64,000 nucleotides of DNA from Promethearchaeota archaeon (lineage in GTDB: Archaea > Asgardarchaeota > Lokiarchaeia > Sigyniarchaeales > SOKP01): the NCBI GenBank assembly GCA_016840165.1, contig JAEOSU010000037.1, forward strand, positions 7,022 through 71,021, written 5' to 3'. The stretch's first letter is position 1; the number at the start of each line of letters is the position of its first letter. This document shows, in pieces, positions 1 through 8,635 of the stretch. A model generated the notes under the pieces. That model was not told where the DNA came from. It saw only the letters and a list, made by a program, of their open reading frames with translations, and made no database searches. The translations under genes were made by a program, and so were the position numbers.

Positions 1-107
1 GGAGTAAGAAAAATAAGTAAGATCAAATTTAATCAATTGCTTGTAAAATTTTAACCTTATTTTCTCTTTTTTATTGGGTATTTTGATGTGATAGAGATCA
101 TATAGTT

Positions 108-1256
108 TTATTGATTATCTAAGATGTAATTAATGAGAGTATTTTTGATCTTTTCAAAATGGCCTAAATGAACTTTTAATAGATCTTGAAGAGCCTCTGT
201 CAATCCAATTTTCTCTATCTTCTCGACAATATCAAAATAGGGACTTTTCTTTATAGCTTTCACCAATGCTTTATTTTTTTCCATATCACTTAAAAGAAAA
301 TCTTTTGGTGGAATTTTTTCAGCATTAAGAATTCGTTGAATAATTGCCAGCAACATTGCATCAAATGTTATTCGCAATACAATTTCTCTGTCAAAATCTG
401 ATTTTATTGGAATCAGATATTCTTTAAGCAGAGAGATGGATTGTTTAAATAATTCAATAGAATCTAAACCAAGACTTTCGATTTTTTCATTAAAATCGGG
501 ATTATTGGTGATACTTAAACAAATTGATGAAATAACTTGATATTCGGCAACAAAATGAATGAAGCGTGCTTTCGCATTGAGCATAGTCTCTTGGGAGTCA
601 GCATCATCTAATAAATCTCCTATATTGTTTAGAGCTTTTCTAAAGTAGGAAGAAATCATATAAAATTTTTCAGAGGCGGCTATAAGTTCTTTATTCTTCA
701 ATAATAAAAGCGCTCTTTTCTCCTCTTCTTTATAAAGCTCGTCAAATTTATTTATTTTCATGACAGCTCTTAAGATAAAATCTTTACCGAGATCTTTTGT
801 TTGAGGCGCTTTTTCATATGCTTGACCTGCTTTTAATAATAAAATTGATGCTAGATTGAGATACTCCTCAGGATCGGTTTGAAAAAGATAATCTGATGCT
901 TTACTCCAACTCTCACCAGCAGTCTCCCAGTCATTCATTCGATAGGATATATTTCCAAGTTGAATCAAAAGTTTTGCTGAAATTTCTTCAAGTTTTAGTT
1001 CCTCCGTTTTTCGGATAATCGATTTCAATCGATAAACTGCTTGAATGTTATTTCGGAATTGTAAGATAATTTGAGTAATTCGAATGAATAATTCATCTAG
1101 TTTGAGATAACTTCCTAAATCCAGATAAATTTGGGCTGCTTTTTCGTACACTTTTATTGCCTCATCCCCTTTTCCTTTATCAGCAAGTGTTTCAGCTCTA
1201 TCGATTAATTTAATGGCTTCTATCTGCTTCTCTTCATTGTCGTTATGATTATACAT
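108..1256 (-). CDS. TPR-like helical repeat protein (hypothetical)
   Basis: 382-aa ORF. Repeated ~34-aa Ala/Tyr/Leu-patterned helical units (GKGDEAIKVYEKAAQIYLDLGSY, WETAGESWSKASDYL, LLLKAGQAYEKA). GGTGA lies 8 nt upstream of the ATG. Confidence 0.4.
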   Translation of the reverse strand: MYNHNDNEEKQIEAIKLIDRAETLADKGKGDEAIKVYEKAAQIYLDLGSYLKLDELFIRITQIILQFRNNIQAVYRLKSIIRKTEELKLEEISAKLLIQLGNISYRMNDWETAGESWSKASDYLFQTDPEEYLNLASILLLKAGQAYEKAPQTKDLGKDFILRAVMKINKFDELYKEEEKRALLLLKNKELIAASEKFYMISSYFRKALNNIGDLLDDADSQETMLNAKARFIHFVAEYQVISSICLSITNNPDFNEKIESLGLDSIELFKQSISLLKEYLIPIKSDFDREIVLRITFDAMLLAIIQRILNAEKIPPKDFLLSDMEKNKALVKAIKKSPYFDIVEKIEKIGLTEALQDLLKVHLGHFEKIKNTLINYILDNQ

Positions 1257-1408
1257 TTAGGTATTCACCATAGCAATAGTAAATTTTTAATTTTTCACTC
1301 TAATAGGATGTTAAAAAAATAAACTTTATTTAAGTTTTGGTAAGATAATTAAAATGATGAAAATTATATTCATTTCTCAATACAATTGAAAATTTCTTTT
1401 TTCTTTTC

Positions 1409-2293
1409 CTAGAGTGTTTGAAAAAGTTTAATTTTTAAATCTTGTAGCGTATTTTTAAACGCTCTTGTTTGATATACTGAAGCAAAACATTCTTTTGCAT
1501 CTTCAATAGCTCCATAAAAAATGAAATTAGAAAATAAGCTCGCAATTGTCATAATACTTGCCCTTCGATATCGTGTATGATATTTGGTATTTAGTCTAGG
1601 AGATGAAAATTTGAATAAAAAAAGACTCGGAGCGGTACCAACAGGTAACCTAAGAGACTCACTTATAATCTTCTGAGTTTCGAGAATATGTGCTACGCTT
1701 TCTAAATCAATTACTCCACCATCTATTAAAATCTTTTTTACACCTAATTTTTTCAAGCCTTTAATGATACTATCACCATTTGGTTGATTTTTTTCGGTTA
1801 AGTAAGCAAATCTTTGGGTGGAGGTCATATTATTAGATCCGAGAATTAATACAACTGCATTTTGGATTTTGAATTTCTTTATTGTATCAATTTCTTTTGG
1901 GTTTTTAAGATTGGAGATTGCATTGTAAATAAATTCGTTTGGATCTACCCCATGATCATTTAAGTATCGAAGACCTTCCATTCTTGCTTCAAAAGTACCT
2001 CCTAGTACAAAAGGTGGTTCATAATTATCTAAGTAGAACTTCAGATATTCTGGCATCGAATCAGGTTCATTAGCAGAGATCTCTATCATATGAGGTAATT
2101 TATATTGTTTTGATAAACTTATCTGAGTGTCAATTCGTTTCTTTGCTTTTTCTCTATCGAAAATAGTTGGATTTTTTCGGTCAACCAATGTCTGTCCTTG
2201 ATAAAAAAGAGTGCCAATCATAATAGGGGGGAGGACAAAATCACCATAGCCTAATTTTATTGTTCCAATTGTATAAAATGAATTTTGTGACAT
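1409..2293 (-). CDS. MtrH-family methyltransferase (tetrahydromethanopterin S-methyltransferase subunit H-like)
   Basis: 294 aa. The N-terminal PPIMIGTLFYQGQTLVDRKNPTIFDREKAKKRI matches the conserved MtrH opening (GTIFY.GH..V.D...G.FD...A) recalled from methanogen MtrH. No other mtr subunits are adjacent. Confidence 0.65.
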   Translation of the reverse strand: MSQNSFYTIGTIKLGYGDFVLPPIMIGTLFYQGQTLVDRKNPTIFDREKAKKRIDTQISLSKQYKLPHMIEISANEPDSMPEYLKFYLDNYEPPFVLGGTFEARMEGLRYLNDHGVDPNEFIYNAISNLKNPKEIDTIKKFKIQNAVVLILGSNNMTSTQRFAYLTEKNQPNGDSIIKGLKKLGVKKILIDGGVIDLESVAHILETQKIISESLRLPVGTAPSLFLFKFSSPRLNTKYHTRYRRASIMTIASLFSNFIFYGAIEDAKECFASVYQTRAFKNTLQDLKIKLFQTL

Positions 2294-2333
2294 AATCTTT
2301 ACACTAAATTATAAAGAATTTATATTTAACTAT

Positions 2334-2365
2334 AATTCATAGTTTGAAATAAGATACTATGAATT
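2334..2365 (-). terminator. Perfect 10-bp stem hairpin between the vWA gene stop and the MtrH-like gene start
   Basis: aattcatagt, a 12-nt loop, then actatgaatt, read directly. Located 34 nt downstream of the stop of the 2399-3592 gene. The downstream T-tract is weak. Confidence 0.2.
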
Positions 2366-2398
2366 ACGATAACGTTTAATATAATTTAAGGATGGGAT

Positions 2399-3592
2399 TT
2401 AATATAAATGTAGTTTGACTCCGCAAGTTTTGCAACGGTTATTTCTTAGACTCTCAAAACAATTTCTATGATATAATGTATTACAATTACCACAGCGAAC
2501 TAATTCTTGCCCTTCTTCAAATATAAAATTACATACAGGACAGGACCCAAAAACGTCATCTTCACTTAACTCGTTATATTTAGTTAGTAAGGCTTCTGAA
2601 ATTTCTGGTGTTTTTGGTTCATTATTTCCTTTAATACGTGGTTTAACTAAGCTCGTTAATTTTCTTGCTTGTGTGACTTCCGTTGGAATTTTTAAGAGAT
2701 AAAAACAATGAGGACACCGAACGGTTCCAGCACGTCGCATTTTGCTATCTTTCTGTGAGTCAGCCCATGCTGCTAGACAATGTATATGATATGGAGTTTG
2801 ACAATTAGGACAATACCGACCGCTGACAAAAAAAGAACTTTTGGTATAAGGATTTGTATCGGAGAAACAAATCGAACACTTCTTATAATCTGCTAACCCT
2901 CTTATCTGTAATAAGCGTTGTTCTTGATCTTTAGTAAGATCCTGTACGCGCAATAAATCTGCCGATATTTTTCTTAGAAAAACAGGACTTTCCATTATTG
3001 CGGATTTACTATTTCCATAAGTTTTAATATTAGAATAAGCTAATTCATGTGCCGCTTTCATTAAAGAATCAGGATCGTTATTATAGTAATAGGTACCCCC
3101 TGTAAGATCGCTGATCTTTTTGAGAATGTTCGAGCTGCTTCCAGTCCCTAAGCGAAAAGAATCGATTTGAATATTTAATCCATGCGCCAGTCGAGCCATT
3201 TTTACTGGATCGACTGATAATTTAGTATATTTCCCATCGGAAATCAGTAAAATTTTAGGACTTTTCGCTGCTATCTTCCTTAATTCTGCGATGACCATTT
3301 TTATAGAAAGCGCTAAAGCCTCTCCCAAAGCGGATTTACCAGATAAATTTAATGAATCTAAACCCTCAAAAAGATGCTTCTTTATATTTGTAAACTCTAC
3401 AATCCTTTTAGGTTTGTCTGAAAATTTAACGATAGCAAAATAACTCGAAGGATCTTCTAAATATCGATCATTAATCAACTTTTTGATCGCATTAATACTT
3501 GTTAGTAATCGATTTGGAGGATAATCCTTTCGAGCCATGGATCTCGAAGTATCAATACAAATGATGATATTTTCGGGTAATCGTTCAGACAA
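2399..3592 (-). CDS. vWA-domain protein with two C-terminal C4HC3 (PHD/RING-variant-like) zinc fingers
   Basis: 397 aa with a TTG start. vWA MIDAS-like IICIDTSRSM and LLISDG. Two eight-ligand Cys/His patterns at residues 239-296 and 351-390. Confidence 0.7.
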   Translation of the reverse strand: MSERLPENIIICIDTSRSMARKDYPPNRLLTSINAIKKLINDRYLEDPSSYFAIVKFSDKPKRIVEFTNIKKHLFEGLDSLNLSGKSALGEALALSIKMVIAELRKIAAKSPKILLISDGKYTKLSVDPVKMARLAHGLNIQIDSFRLGTGSSSNILKKISDLTGGTYYYNNDPDSLMKAAHELAYSNIKTYGNSKSAIMESPVFLRKISADLLRVQDLTKDQEQRLLQIRGLADYKKCSICFSDTNPYTKSSFFVSGRYCPNCQTPYHIHCLAAWADSQKDSKMRRAGTVRCPHCFYLLKIPTEVTQARKLTSLVKPRIKGNNEPKTPEISEALLTKYNELSEDDVFGSCPVCNFIFEEGQELVRCGNCNTLYHRNCFESLRNNRCKTCGVKLHLY

Positions 3593-3802
3593 AGAGAAAA
3601 AACCTTTCTATTTCTATTCTTAAATCGGTGCAAGTAATTCTAATTTTTATATGTAACAAAAAGAATAAATAATTATGTTTTTTTATCAAAAGTAAAGCTT
3701 TATTAAATAGAAATTTCATATTAAATAAAACTTTTTTTGCTAAAGAACAGATAAAATAATATAGCAAAAATTAAACCTATTAGGATTCCAGTTGATAAAA
3801 TT

Positions 3803-5011
3803 ATGTCAGAAAATGATGCTAAAAATGTAAAAGTTAAAGACTTTTTCAAAAGAACGGTTATTATTAATGAGATCGATGAGATTCTTAATTTTAAGCCCGA
3901 TACTCTTATTGGTATCGATCAAGTATCTTCTGATAAATTAGGTGAGCATAATGTAAAAAATATTGAGCAATTGGCAGATTTACAGGTCGATAACCTTCCA
4001 GATATTAAGGAGGTCCCTAGTTCGATTCTAATTAAATGGATTAAAATTGCTCAAGTAATAGTTCGAGCTATAAAAGAGCAACTCAAATCACATAAGAAAC
4101 TCTTGATGATCGGTTTAGATAATGGAGGGAAGACATCCATATTAGCCGTACTCCAGGATAGATTTTCAATCATCAAATCTTTATTACCTACAAGGGGAGT
4201 AAAAAGAGAAAAGTTGGATTTCTTTGGATATCCAATAATTTCATGGGATCTTGGAGGGCAAGTGCAGTATCGAGAAAAGTTATATTTCAATAGACCAGAA
4301 TTATTTTTTACGGAAGTAGACTTGGTTTTATATGTGGTAGATACACAAGATACTGAACGGTTTGTGGAATCTGCTAACTATTTCCGTGAAGTTTTAAAAT
4401 CACTTAAAGATCTGAATGAAGCCCCACCAGTTTTAGTGGTACTTAGCAAGAGTGACCAAGATCTCAGAACTACAAGAGAATGGCAAAATAATATAAATGC
4501 GATTAAGACTAAATTTTCCCATATCATTGATGAATATGAGAAATTCACAATCGATTTTGCTGATACTACCATCTATCAAAAAGAAACTATTATGCAAATG
4601 TTTAGTACTGCACTAAAGAAAGTTTCAGACACCTCTGAGATTATTGAGAATATTCTCGAGGATTTTACAAATACTATTGAAGGAAAGGCAACAAGTTTAA
4701 TTTCTATGGATGGATTAATTTTTGGTAGCTATAATACCACTGATACAGATGAAGCTCTGTTGAATAATACCGCATTGATTATGCAAACTCTTTCGAATTT
4801 TCACAACTCCATAGGTTTAATACGGGAAAATACTATCACTTTAGATTTTCCATTGAACAGATTCACTATTCGGGGAGAAAAATTATTTGAGTATTCAGAG
4901 TTAAAGATCCCCGTGTATCTTTGGCTTCTTTCAGAGAATCCTGATTTATTATATGAAAAAATTGATTATTTTCGGGAGCAATTACTACCTTTAATTAATA
5001 TGTTTCTCTAA
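3803..5011 (+). CDS. Arf-like small GTPase with C-terminal roadblock/LC7-like domain and N-terminal helical extension
   Basis: 402 aa. G1 GLDNGGKTS, G2 PTRG, G3 WDLGGQ, G4 variant LSKSDQ. The C-terminal ~125 aa follow the roadblock/MglB pattern (EGKATSLISMDGLIFGSY...ITLDFPLNRFTIRG). Confidence 0.65.
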   Translation: MSENDAKNVKVKDFFKRTVIINEIDEILNFKPDTLIGIDQVSSDKLGEHNVKNIEQLADLQVDNLPDIKEVPSSILIKWIKIAQVIVRAIKEQLKSHKKLLMIGLDNGGKTSILAVLQDRFSIIKSLLPTRGVKREKLDFFGYPIISWDLGGQVQYREKLYFNRPELFFTEVDLVLYVVDTQDTERFVESANYFREVLKSLKDLNEAPPVLVVLSKSDQDLRTTREWQNNINAIKTKFSHIIDEYEKFTIDFADTTIYQKETIMQMFSTALKKVSDTSEIIENILEDFTNTIEGKATSLISMDGLIFGSYNTTDTDEALLNNTALIMQTLSNFHNSIGLIRENTITLDFPLNRFTIRGEKLFEYSELKIPVYLWLLSENPDLLYEKIDYFREQLLPLINMFL

Positions 5012-5235
5012 ACCTTATTTTCTTTTAACCCATCTCTTGCTTCAATAAGAAATTCATTACATTTATCTATCATTGCCATAGCATTCTCTAAATTATTGGC
5101 TACCGCATCATAGCCAAGCTCTAGAGCAATGGTTTTCCACTTTTCAAAATTCTCTTTATGGGAAATATTATGATTTGCCCAATGTTCGCATAATTTCTCT
5201 AATTTTAGAAGTTTCTTATCTATCATTATTCTCAA
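5008..5235 (-). CDS. Small helical protein with a C-x-H-x3-H-x3-H motif (hypothetical)
   Basis: 75 aa, immediately downstream of cdhA. Motif CEHWANHNISH places one Cys and three His on one helix face. No family recognised. Confidence 0.35.
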   Translation of the reverse strand: MRIMIDKKLLKLEKLCEHWANHNISHKENFEKWKTIALELGYDAVANNLENAMAMIDKCNEFLIEARDGLKENKV

Positions 5236-5288
5236 ATAATAAAATAAATAAAGATTAAAAAAAAGAATGAAAAAATAAAAGGAAAAGT

Positions 5289-7640
5289 TTAATTTCTGCA
5301 GAAGCGTTTTAATAAGGTTGGATCAACTATTTCTCTCGGTTCCCAGTTTTTCTCCTTAAGATACTCCATAATTTCATCTTTGAGGTTGATGGGAATATCT
5401 GCTTCTACCCGGATGAATCTATCTAAATCGTTTGGGAAGTTTACTCCCTTATATTTGCGTTCTAAATCGATCCAATGTGAGAGTTTAATCATCCTACCTT
5501 TACTGTTATCAGCAGGTCTTAAACACATTTTTGCCGATAAACAGATTGCTTGCTCAATTGTCTCAGCAGTAGTTAACAGATGTTCTGGTCCAGGACCAAC
5601 TAAATGTCCACTTGTACCATCACGCGCATTCCATACTTTCCAAGTTTCTTCATCATCAGAGCGACCAATATACATTCGTCTATATTCTGCTGAGTGTGGT
5701 CCGCATATTGCCGGAATTCCCATTCCATTACAACTACTGGCAATACTGGCTGCCTTTTGGCTCATTGCTCCCCATGCTACTCCAACAGCTCCGACCCTAT
5801 TTAGGATATAATCAGCTATTTCCTCATAATTTCCACGTAGAGGACGACGTGCGAATATGTTTGCTACTTTTATCGCAGCTCCATTAATATGAGGATTTGA
5901 GACACAGGAACCAACATTTACTAATCCACCACGATCAAAATCTCCTGGAAAGCGGTCATATAGTGTCTTTCCCTCTTCGTCTTTCACTAGACCAATATCC
6001 ATTGCTCCACATCCAGATACAACAACGATATAATTTCTTCTACAAAATTCTTCAGCCATGAGATAGAGTTCTTGAATTTCTTTACCATAGTTTGCACATC
6101 CGATTATAGCGACAATACCTGGAATTTCACCAAGAACAATTGGAGCTCCCACATTGCGAATTTCTGTGTCCATAATAGGCCCACGTCCTGCGCGCATATT
6201 GAACTTCTCATTTCTGATCTTTTCACGTCCAGCATACATTATTAAGGTCAAAGGAGACACGCCCTTCATACAGTCTGATTCACATCTGCCACAATCCAGA
6301 CAAGAATCGAAAGCTTCTGATAAGACTGAAAAATCGCCTTCCTTTACTAGGTTTACTCCTTCTACTAAAGGTAAGTCATTTGGACAATTTCTCTGACAAT
6401 TCCCACATCCATTACAATTCAATGCCATTTGGATACAGCCTTGTTCATCAGGAATTGCACTTTTACCATCCCTTATCGGTTTTATTTTTATAGCAGTTTC
6501 TACAGCTACTTTTCCTGCCTTAATAGGATCAAGGATTAAAACACCATCAACTTTTTGACTAACTAAATCTTCAATTATTTCTTCTGCAGGATCATCTGTT
6601 CTATCGGGCAAACCACCCATAATTTTTTCATTGGTGGCAATAAATGGAGCGTTTACTAACTTTGCTTGCTCATGGGCTCTTAAGTTAACACATTGTTCAT
6701 CAACCATAACAACATCAGCTAAACCAGAACGAATGTAAAACATCTGTCGAGCGAGTGATCCGACAATTTTAGCTCCATCATAATACCTTGTTAAATCTAT
6801 CGCAGTACAGCAAATAGCTCCTACGTCAACCTTATCATCAAATCCTTTTTCTCTCATATAGTCAACTAATTCAATTCCAGGAGCTACATTATGTCCAATC
6901 ATTAAGATGGAAGCTTTATTTTCGGTATCTAAAGTACCCATACCCAACTCAATAAGTGGAACATCAGGATCTCCCATAGGAAAACCATATGCAGCGATTT
7001 GGACAGCATCGGAAATTTCCATCCCTACAGCATCAGCACAACCAGCTAAGAAGGCTTTTGCTTCATAATCAAGATGGCTTGATTCTTGTCCTGTATGTCC
7101 AGAAGCTAAAAGATGTGTGATGGTATAATGCACCCATTCCATTGCGGTCTCTAAGTCTTCTAAAGTCTCGGGTTTCATACCAACAATTAAACGCGTACAA
7201 GGCATCTCAACAGCAATATTATTTCCAAAGTTAATTGGAACATTGCCGTATTTCTCTTTAAGCCAATGAAGTAGATGGTCACCGTGTGCAGAATGACAAC
7301 TGGCACCTATAGCACAAGCAATTTCCACAATTTTTGCGCAAGCTGTTTGAAGATTAATACCACAAGCACCTGTTCGTCCTTTAGAAAGGTTACACTTACC
7401 AAAAGTGCATAAACAACACATATCACAAATTGGCATATAGTATGGTTTGTATCGTTCCATTAGCTTGAAAAACCATGATCTTAGCGTAGGAATATGAGGT
7501 TTTGGTGTGGGCCCCATCGGTTCCCATTCTGACTCATCGCCTTGACTCTTAACCTTACCTGCGGTGAATTCGAATCCTTTTATTGTTCCGAGTGGTCCCT
7601 TATAGGAATCAATTTTAATTTTAGTACCTTTCTCGGTCAT
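5289..7640 (-). CDS. cdhA: CO dehydrogenase/acetyl-CoA synthase complex subunit alpha (archaeal CdhA type)
   Basis: 783 aa. N-terminal Cys cluster PICDMCCLCTFGKCNLSKGRTGACGI. Internal 2x[4Fe-4S] ferredoxin insert CNGCGNCQRNCP and CLDCGRCESDC. Length is typical of CdhA. Confidence 0.9.
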   Translation of the reverse strand: MTEKGTKIKIDSYKGPLGTIKGFEFTAGKVKSQGDESEWEPMGPTPKPHIPTLRSWFFKLMERYKPYYMPICDMCCLCTFGKCNLSKGRTGACGINLQTACAKIVEIACAIGASCHSAHGDHLLHWLKEKYGNVPINFGNNIAVEMPCTRLIVGMKPETLEDLETAMEWVHYTITHLLASGHTGQESSHLDYEAKAFLAGCADAVGMEISDAVQIAAYGFPMGDPDVPLIELGMGTLDTENKASILMIGHNVAPGIELVDYMREKGFDDKVDVGAICCTAIDLTRYYDGAKIVGSLARQMFYIRSGLADVVMVDEQCVNLRAHEQAKLVNAPFIATNEKIMGGLPDRTDDPAEEIIEDLVSQKVDGVLILDPIKAGKVAVETAIKIKPIRDGKSAIPDEQGCIQMALNCNGCGNCQRNCPNDLPLVEGVNLVKEGDFSVLSEAFDSCLDCGRCESDCMKGVSPLTLIMYAGREKIRNEKFNMRAGRGPIMDTEIRNVGAPIVLGEIPGIVAIIGCANYGKEIQELYLMAEEFCRRNYIVVVSGCGAMDIGLVKDEEGKTLYDRFPGDFDRGGLVNVGSCVSNPHINGAAIKVANIFARRPLRGNYEEIADYILNRVGAVGVAWGAMSQKAASIASSCNGMGIPAICGPHSAEYRRMYIGRSDDEETWKVWNARDGTSGHLVGPGPEHLLTTAETIEQAICLSAKMCLRPADNSKGRMIKLSHWIDLERKYKGVNFPNDLDRFIRVEADIPINLKDEIMEYLKEKNWEPREIVDPTLLKRFCRN

Positions 7641-7788
7641 ATTTAGAATTTCACTTTTTTTGGTTTTAAAATATTTTTAATTAATAATTATGCATAATTT
7701 ATTATAATTGAAGATATTAAGAAAAGTATTTTAAATTTTAGAATAAGATTTAAAACCGATAGGAGCAAACAGATTTTAGAAAATTAGT

Positions 7789-7800
7789 GTGAAATTTCAC
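7789..7800. promoter_or_regulatory. Perfect 12-bp palindrome GTGAAATTTCAC upstream of cdhA
   Basis: Read directly. A related GTGAAATTC half-site lies immediately 5' of the cdhA ATG (minus strand, 7647-7655). Confidence 0.2.
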
Positions 7801-7852
7801 TCAATTAGAGATTGTTACAATAAAGTAAGTCAGAGCTCTTCTTCTAGCTTTC

Positions 7853-8593
7853 TTAATCAATCCTACTAGTTGCATATCTCAATTTTCTTTCATATTCATC
7901 TAGATATGGAAATTTTCGAAGCTTTGCAATTCTCAGATTTTCATTTAGATCATAGGGTATTCTCCTAATAAGAAATTGTATTTCGCCATTATCTCTAATT
8001 TCTAAGATACCATAAGACGCTCTTGGCTCCCCGTCCATAGGAGCTCCAACACTCCCGGGATTAAATATCATTTTATTTTCAATTACTCGATTAGTTGAAA
8101 CATGAGAATGTCCACAAAGTATAACCTCTTCTTCTACACCTTCTATCATTTGAAGAATCTCATAATCATGTACCTCGGAAGTCATAGCTTCCGAAATATT
8201 ACGAGGTGACCCATGAACACATAACACCTTGACATTATTTAATTCAATAGATTCAGAAAAGGGAAGTTTTTTGATAAATTCGATATCTTGCTGGTATAAT
8301 CTTTCCTTAGAAAAGTGGAATAATTCATAAAATTTAATTTCATTAATAGATTTTGGTTCCCATTGTTCATTAATTTCCAAGAACCATTCATCAGTATTAC
8401 CTTTAATCCAGATAACAGGTTTAAGCTTTTTTAATTGATTAAACACTTCTTTTGGAGAAGGCCCATTAATAACTAGATCACCTAAAAAGATCATCTGTTT
8501 AATATTTAGAGATTTAAGATCTTTTATTACTTCAGATAAAGCAATGGAATTTGCGTGAATATCTGAAAGTATCCCTAATTTCATAATAGTCAT
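7853..8593 (-). CDS. Calcineurin-like metallophosphoesterase (YfcE/MJ0936-like)
   Basis: 246 aa. Motifs LSDIHAN, GDLVINGP, GNTDEW, CVHGSP and CGHSHV. Confidence 0.8.
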   Translation of the reverse strand: MTIMKLGILSDIHANSIALSEVIKDLKSLNIKQMIFLGDLVINGPSPKEVFNQLKKLKPVIWIKGNTDEWFLEINEQWEPKSINEIKFYELFHFSKERLYQQDIEFIKKLPFSESIELNNVKVLCVHGSPRNISEAMTSEVHDYEILQMIEGVEEEVILCGHSHVSTNRVIENKMIFNPGSVGAPMDGEPRASYGILEIRDNGEIQFLIRRIPYDLNENLRIAKLRKFPYLDEYERKLRYATSRID

Positions 8594-8635
8594 AAGAGTT
8601 TAAAATATAAAGATTTAAAATCACAATAAGATAAT

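Noticed and set aside
3585-3767. 60-aa minus-strand ORF in the divergent intergenic region between the vWA gene and the GTPase gene
   Set aside because: It has an extreme Phe/Leu/Ile/Lys composition from AT-rich promoter DNA. It overlaps the TTG start of the vWA gene and has no SD or recognisable fold.
5380-6396. Plus-strand ORFs (5380-5811, 5612-5887, 6154-6396) inside cdhA
   Set aside because: They are antisense to a confidently identified 783-aa CdhA gene. Their translations are low-complexity (Ser/Leu/Pro/Ile-rich) with no motifs. They are typical shadow ORFs.
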